Part shown: in pieces, positions 1 through 696 of the stretch
Numbering within the stretch: position 1 is the stretch's first letter
Layout: every line of letters begins with the position of its first letter
Sequence record: AF039878.1
Strand: one strand, 5' to 3'
Length of the DNA stretch: 696 bases
From: a phage
Position numbers and translations under genes: made by a program
The notes under the pieces: model-generated
The model's database searches: none
What the model was told of the DNA's origin: nothing
The model's input: only the letters and a program-made list of their open reading frames with translations

Positions 1-9
1 GGGCGTNNC

Positions 10-22
10 CTGCAAATCCGAC
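10..22 (+). repeat. Copy A of 13-nt direct-repeat family (cTGCAAATCCGAC; 12/13 match to consensus GTGCAAATCCGAC)
   Basis: Direct reading: positions 11-22 tgcaaatccgac match the consensus; position 10 is c instead of g. Flanked by N runs at 7-8 and 23-26, so the edges are uncertain. Confidence 0.7.
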
Positions 23-35
23 NNNNTCTGGTAGT

Positions 36-48
36 GTGCGAATCCGAC
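36..48 (+). repeat. Copy B of 13-nt direct-repeat family (GTGCgAATCCGAC; 12/13)
   Basis: Direct reading: gtgcgaatccgac, one substitution (A to G at motif position 5); preceded by tagt, as in copy C. Confidence 0.8.
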
Positions 49-66
49 CCGAAAAATTTTTATAGT

Positions 67-79
67 GTGCAAATCCGAC
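67..79 (+). repeat. Copy C of 13-nt direct-repeat family (exact GTGCAAATCCGAC)
   Basis: Exact 13/13 match; preceded by tatagt, followed by the A/T linker aatgaattttc. Confidence 0.9.
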
Positions 80-92
80 AATGAATTTTCCC

Positions 93-111
93 AAAAACTC
101 CAGCAATCACG
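93..111 (+). repeat. Copy 1 of second repeat motif AAAAACTC-MR-GCAATCA-YG (aaaaactccagcaatcacg)
   Basis: 19-nt stretch matching 433-451 at 16/19 positions; lies immediately downstream of 13-nt copy C and its AATTTTC linker. Confidence 0.75.
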
Positions 112-122
112 AACTGCGTTCG
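110..122. other. Perfect hairpin: stem CGAAC / GTTCG, loop TGC
   Basis: Positions 110-114 cgaac are the reverse complement of 118-122 gttcg; 3-nt loop 115-117. Located at the 3' edge of second-motif copy 1. Confidence 0.6.
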
Positions 123-127
123 AATCC
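118..127 (+). promoter_or_regulatory. tRNA B-box-like decamer GTTCGAATCC (10/11 to the Pol III B box / T-loop consensus GGTTCGANTCC); not an intact tRNA
   Basis: Direct match of gttcgaatcc; the preceding base is c rather than g. No A box found upstream and the flanks do not form a T-arm stem, so at most a tRNA-derived remnant. Confidence 0.25.
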
Positions 128-147
128 TGTGGAATTAGCTAGAGTAT

Positions 148-160
148 GTGCAAATCCGAC
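148..160 (+). repeat. Copy D of 13-nt direct-repeat family (exact GTGCAAATCCGAC)
   Basis: Exact 13/13 match; preceded by atgt. Confidence 0.9.
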
Positions 161-172
161 ATGTGTTGAGAT

Positions 173-185
173 GTGCGNNNNGGAC
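173..185 (+). repeat. Probable copy E of 13-nt family (GTGCg-NNNN-gGAC)
   Basis: gtgcg at 173-177 and ggac at 182-185 align to motif positions 1-5 and 10-13 with the four Ns (178-181) over motif positions 6-9; one mismatch at motif position 10. Preceded by atgt like copies D and G. Starts exactly 25 nt after copy D. Confidence 0.5.
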
Positions 186-202
186 AAGATTNTTGTGACT
201 TC

Positions 203-353
203 GATGGGAGGGTGTGTGATTGTAGGGGTTTGAGGGGAAGATGAGAGAGCGAGAGAAATTTGGGAGGCTAGAAGGATAGGGGCGCAGGATTGGTGCGGAG
301 CACCTGATTTGCGGGGATTTTGGGGAAGAGTTGAGATAATTTGGGAAGATTTG
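203..353 (+). other. Purine/G-rich, C-poor low-complexity block with multiple G3-G4 runs
   Basis: By my count only 9 C in this ~150-nt stretch (positions 250, 268, 283, 285, 296, 301, 303, 304, 312). G-runs at 206-208, 210-212, 225-228, 234-237, 279-282, 313-316, 322-325, 343-345. Confidence 0.8.
243..256 (+). repeat. Short interrupted GA dinucleotide tract (gagagagcgagaga)
   Basis: Direct reading; (GA)3-G-C-(GA)3 microsatellite-like tract inside the purine-rich block. Confidence 0.7.
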
Positions 354-432
354 NNATANGTGCANGAAANAGTAAAATTTTATTAACTAAAGGGGGCAAA
401 ATAGCTTGACAAGTGAAAATTTCTGTGGCTCT

Positions 433-451
433 AAAAACTCAGGCAATCATG
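433..451 (+). repeat. Copy 2 of second repeat motif (aaaaactcaggcaatcatg)
   Basis: 16/19 identity to 93-111. The upstream context (gcaaaat..cttgac..aagtgaaaatttc at ~396-423) resembles a degenerate 13-nt core plus linker, suggesting the same composite unit as at 67-127. Confidence 0.7.
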
Positions 452-463
452 GGCCTTCGGCCC
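451..463. other. Perfect hairpin: stem GGGCC / GGCCC, loop TTC
   Basis: Positions 451-455 gggcc are the reverse complement of 459-463 ggccc; 3-nt loop 456-458. Located at the 3' edge of second-motif copy 2, the equivalent position (within 1 nt) to hairpin 110-122. Confidence 0.6.
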
Positions 464-501
464 GAAATAATGCTGCTATTTTCAGGAGAGTAAGANTTCC
501 T

Positions 502-514
502 AAAAACTTAGGCG
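502..514 (+). repeat. Partial third copy of second motif (aaaaacttaggcg)
   Basis: Shares aaaaact and the ggc core with the other two copies, but runs directly into 13-nt copy F without the downstream hairpin. Confidence 0.4.
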
Positions 515-517
515 TTT

Positions 518-530
518 GTGCAAATCNGAC
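518..530 (+). repeat. Copy F of 13-nt direct-repeat family (GTGCAAATCnGAC)
   Basis: 12 resolved bases match the consensus; N at 527 occupies motif position 10. Preceded by tttgt. Confidence 0.8.
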
Positions 531-552
531 CATAAATTTCTAGAAACACAAT

Positions 553-565
553 GTGCAAATCCGAC
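553..565 (+). repeat. Copy G of 13-nt direct-repeat family (exact GTGCAAATCCGAC)
   Basis: Exact 13/13 match; preceded by aatgt; followed by agtaatttctggaaa. Confidence 0.9.
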
Positions 566-620
566 AGTAATTTCTGGAAATGTGTTTTCAAAAAATGTCT
601 TCTACAAATAANCGCCTCCC

Positions 621-645
621 TAAAACCGCCCTGTATTAAACCGCC
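621..645 (+). repeat. Two copies of AAACCGCC phased 15 nt apart (623-630 and 638-645), with a related aNcgcc at 611-616
   Basis: Direct reading: taaaaccgcc...ttaaaccgcc; the + strand here is C-rich and G-poor, the opposite skew to 203-353. Confidence 0.6.
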
Positions 646-696
646 TAATGCCTGGANGTTCANNGANCATCCAAACTNCNCTACAATAATGTNGCN

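Larger units (their letters stand above)
518..587 (+). repeat. Two tandem ~35-nt units, each = 13-nt core + A/T-rich linker (core-cataaatttctagaaa... / core-agtaatttctggaaa...)
   Basis: Unit 518-552 and unit 553-587 align with the core identical (apart from the N) and linker cataaatttctagaaa vs agtaatttctggaaa (one indel, few substitutions). Seen directly. Confidence 0.7.

Noticed and set aside
118-127. Intact tRNA gene around the GTTCGAATCC decamer
   Set aside because: No A box upstream and the bases flanking the putative T-loop (ctgcg / cctgt) do not pair as a T-arm stem, so no cloverleaf can be built. At most a tRNA-derived remnant (kept as a low-confidence finding).
128-136. DnaA-box-like TGTGGAATT
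   Set aside because: Only 6/9 match to the TGTGGATAA consensus, a single copy, and no adjacent AT-rich unwinding element with the expected organisation.
204-279. Short + strand ORFs starting at ATG 204 and ATG 241
   Set aside because: Each runs only about 9-12 codons before a stop (TGA at 231-233; TAG at 277-279) and has no recognisable ribosome-binding or Kozak context. Not supportable as CDS.
1-300. Kinetoplastid minicircle conserved blocks (gggcgt at 1-6, aggggcg at 278-284, attggtg at 289-295)
   Set aside because: Only partial matches to CSB-1/CSB-3, and their order and spacing do not fit the conserved minicircle region; no CSB-2. Likely a chance resemblance in G-rich sequence.
182-380. 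Stop-free reading frame on the - strand opposite the G-rich block
   Set aside because: The absence of stops is a direct consequence of the + strand lacking TTA/CTA/TCA (very few C) and would encode a low-complexity Pro/Ser/Leu-rich peptide. It is interrupted by Ns and shows no start context. Compositional artefact, not a gene.
406-436. Bacterial sigma70-type promoter (perfect -35 TTGACA at 406-411)
   Set aside because: No acceptable -10 hexamer at 16-19 nt spacing; the best is tctaaa at 430-435, lacking the key A2 and T6. The TTGACA also aligns as the degenerate CCGAC end of the 13-nt core, so it is better explained as part of the repeat.
10-565. CRISPR array built from the 13-nt repeats
   Set aside because: The repeats are far shorter than CRISPR repeats (typically 23-50 nt), the spacing is irregular (25 to more than 300 nt), and the intervening sequences are themselves related to one another rather than unique spacers.
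89-625. Telomere-like units (CCCAAAAA at 91-98, CCCTAAAA at 618-625)
   Set aside because: Single isolated occurrences, not tandem arrays. A subtelomeric origin cannot be supported from this window alone.

Overview
This 696-nt window is a low-quality read (21 N positions, mostly near the ends and inside repeat cores) with no supportable protein-coding gene, rRNA, tRNA or CRISPR array. It is a mosaic of short, same-orientation, imperfect direct repeats. The main family is a 13-nt core, GTGCAAATCCGAC, present in 7 copies on the + strand (4 exact, 3 variant or N-containing), usually preceded by (A/T)TGT and followed by an A/T-rich linker with AATTTC. A second motif, AAAAACTC-MR-GCAATCA-YG, occurs twice, each time followed by a perfect 5-bp stem / 3-nt loop hairpin whose stem sequence differs between copies while pairing is preserved. 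The centre (~203-353) is a purine/G-rich, C-poor block (9 C in ~150 nt by my count) with G-runs and a short GA tract; the 3' end switches to C-rich on the + strand with a 15-nt-phased AAACCGCC repeat. I cannot assign an organism or element family from sequence alone, and I see no evidence for a defined multi-gene system. The most defensible reading is a non-coding repetitive spacer or satellite-like region, possibly containing a small structured repeat unit. All coordinates were hand-counted; no searches or folding were run.
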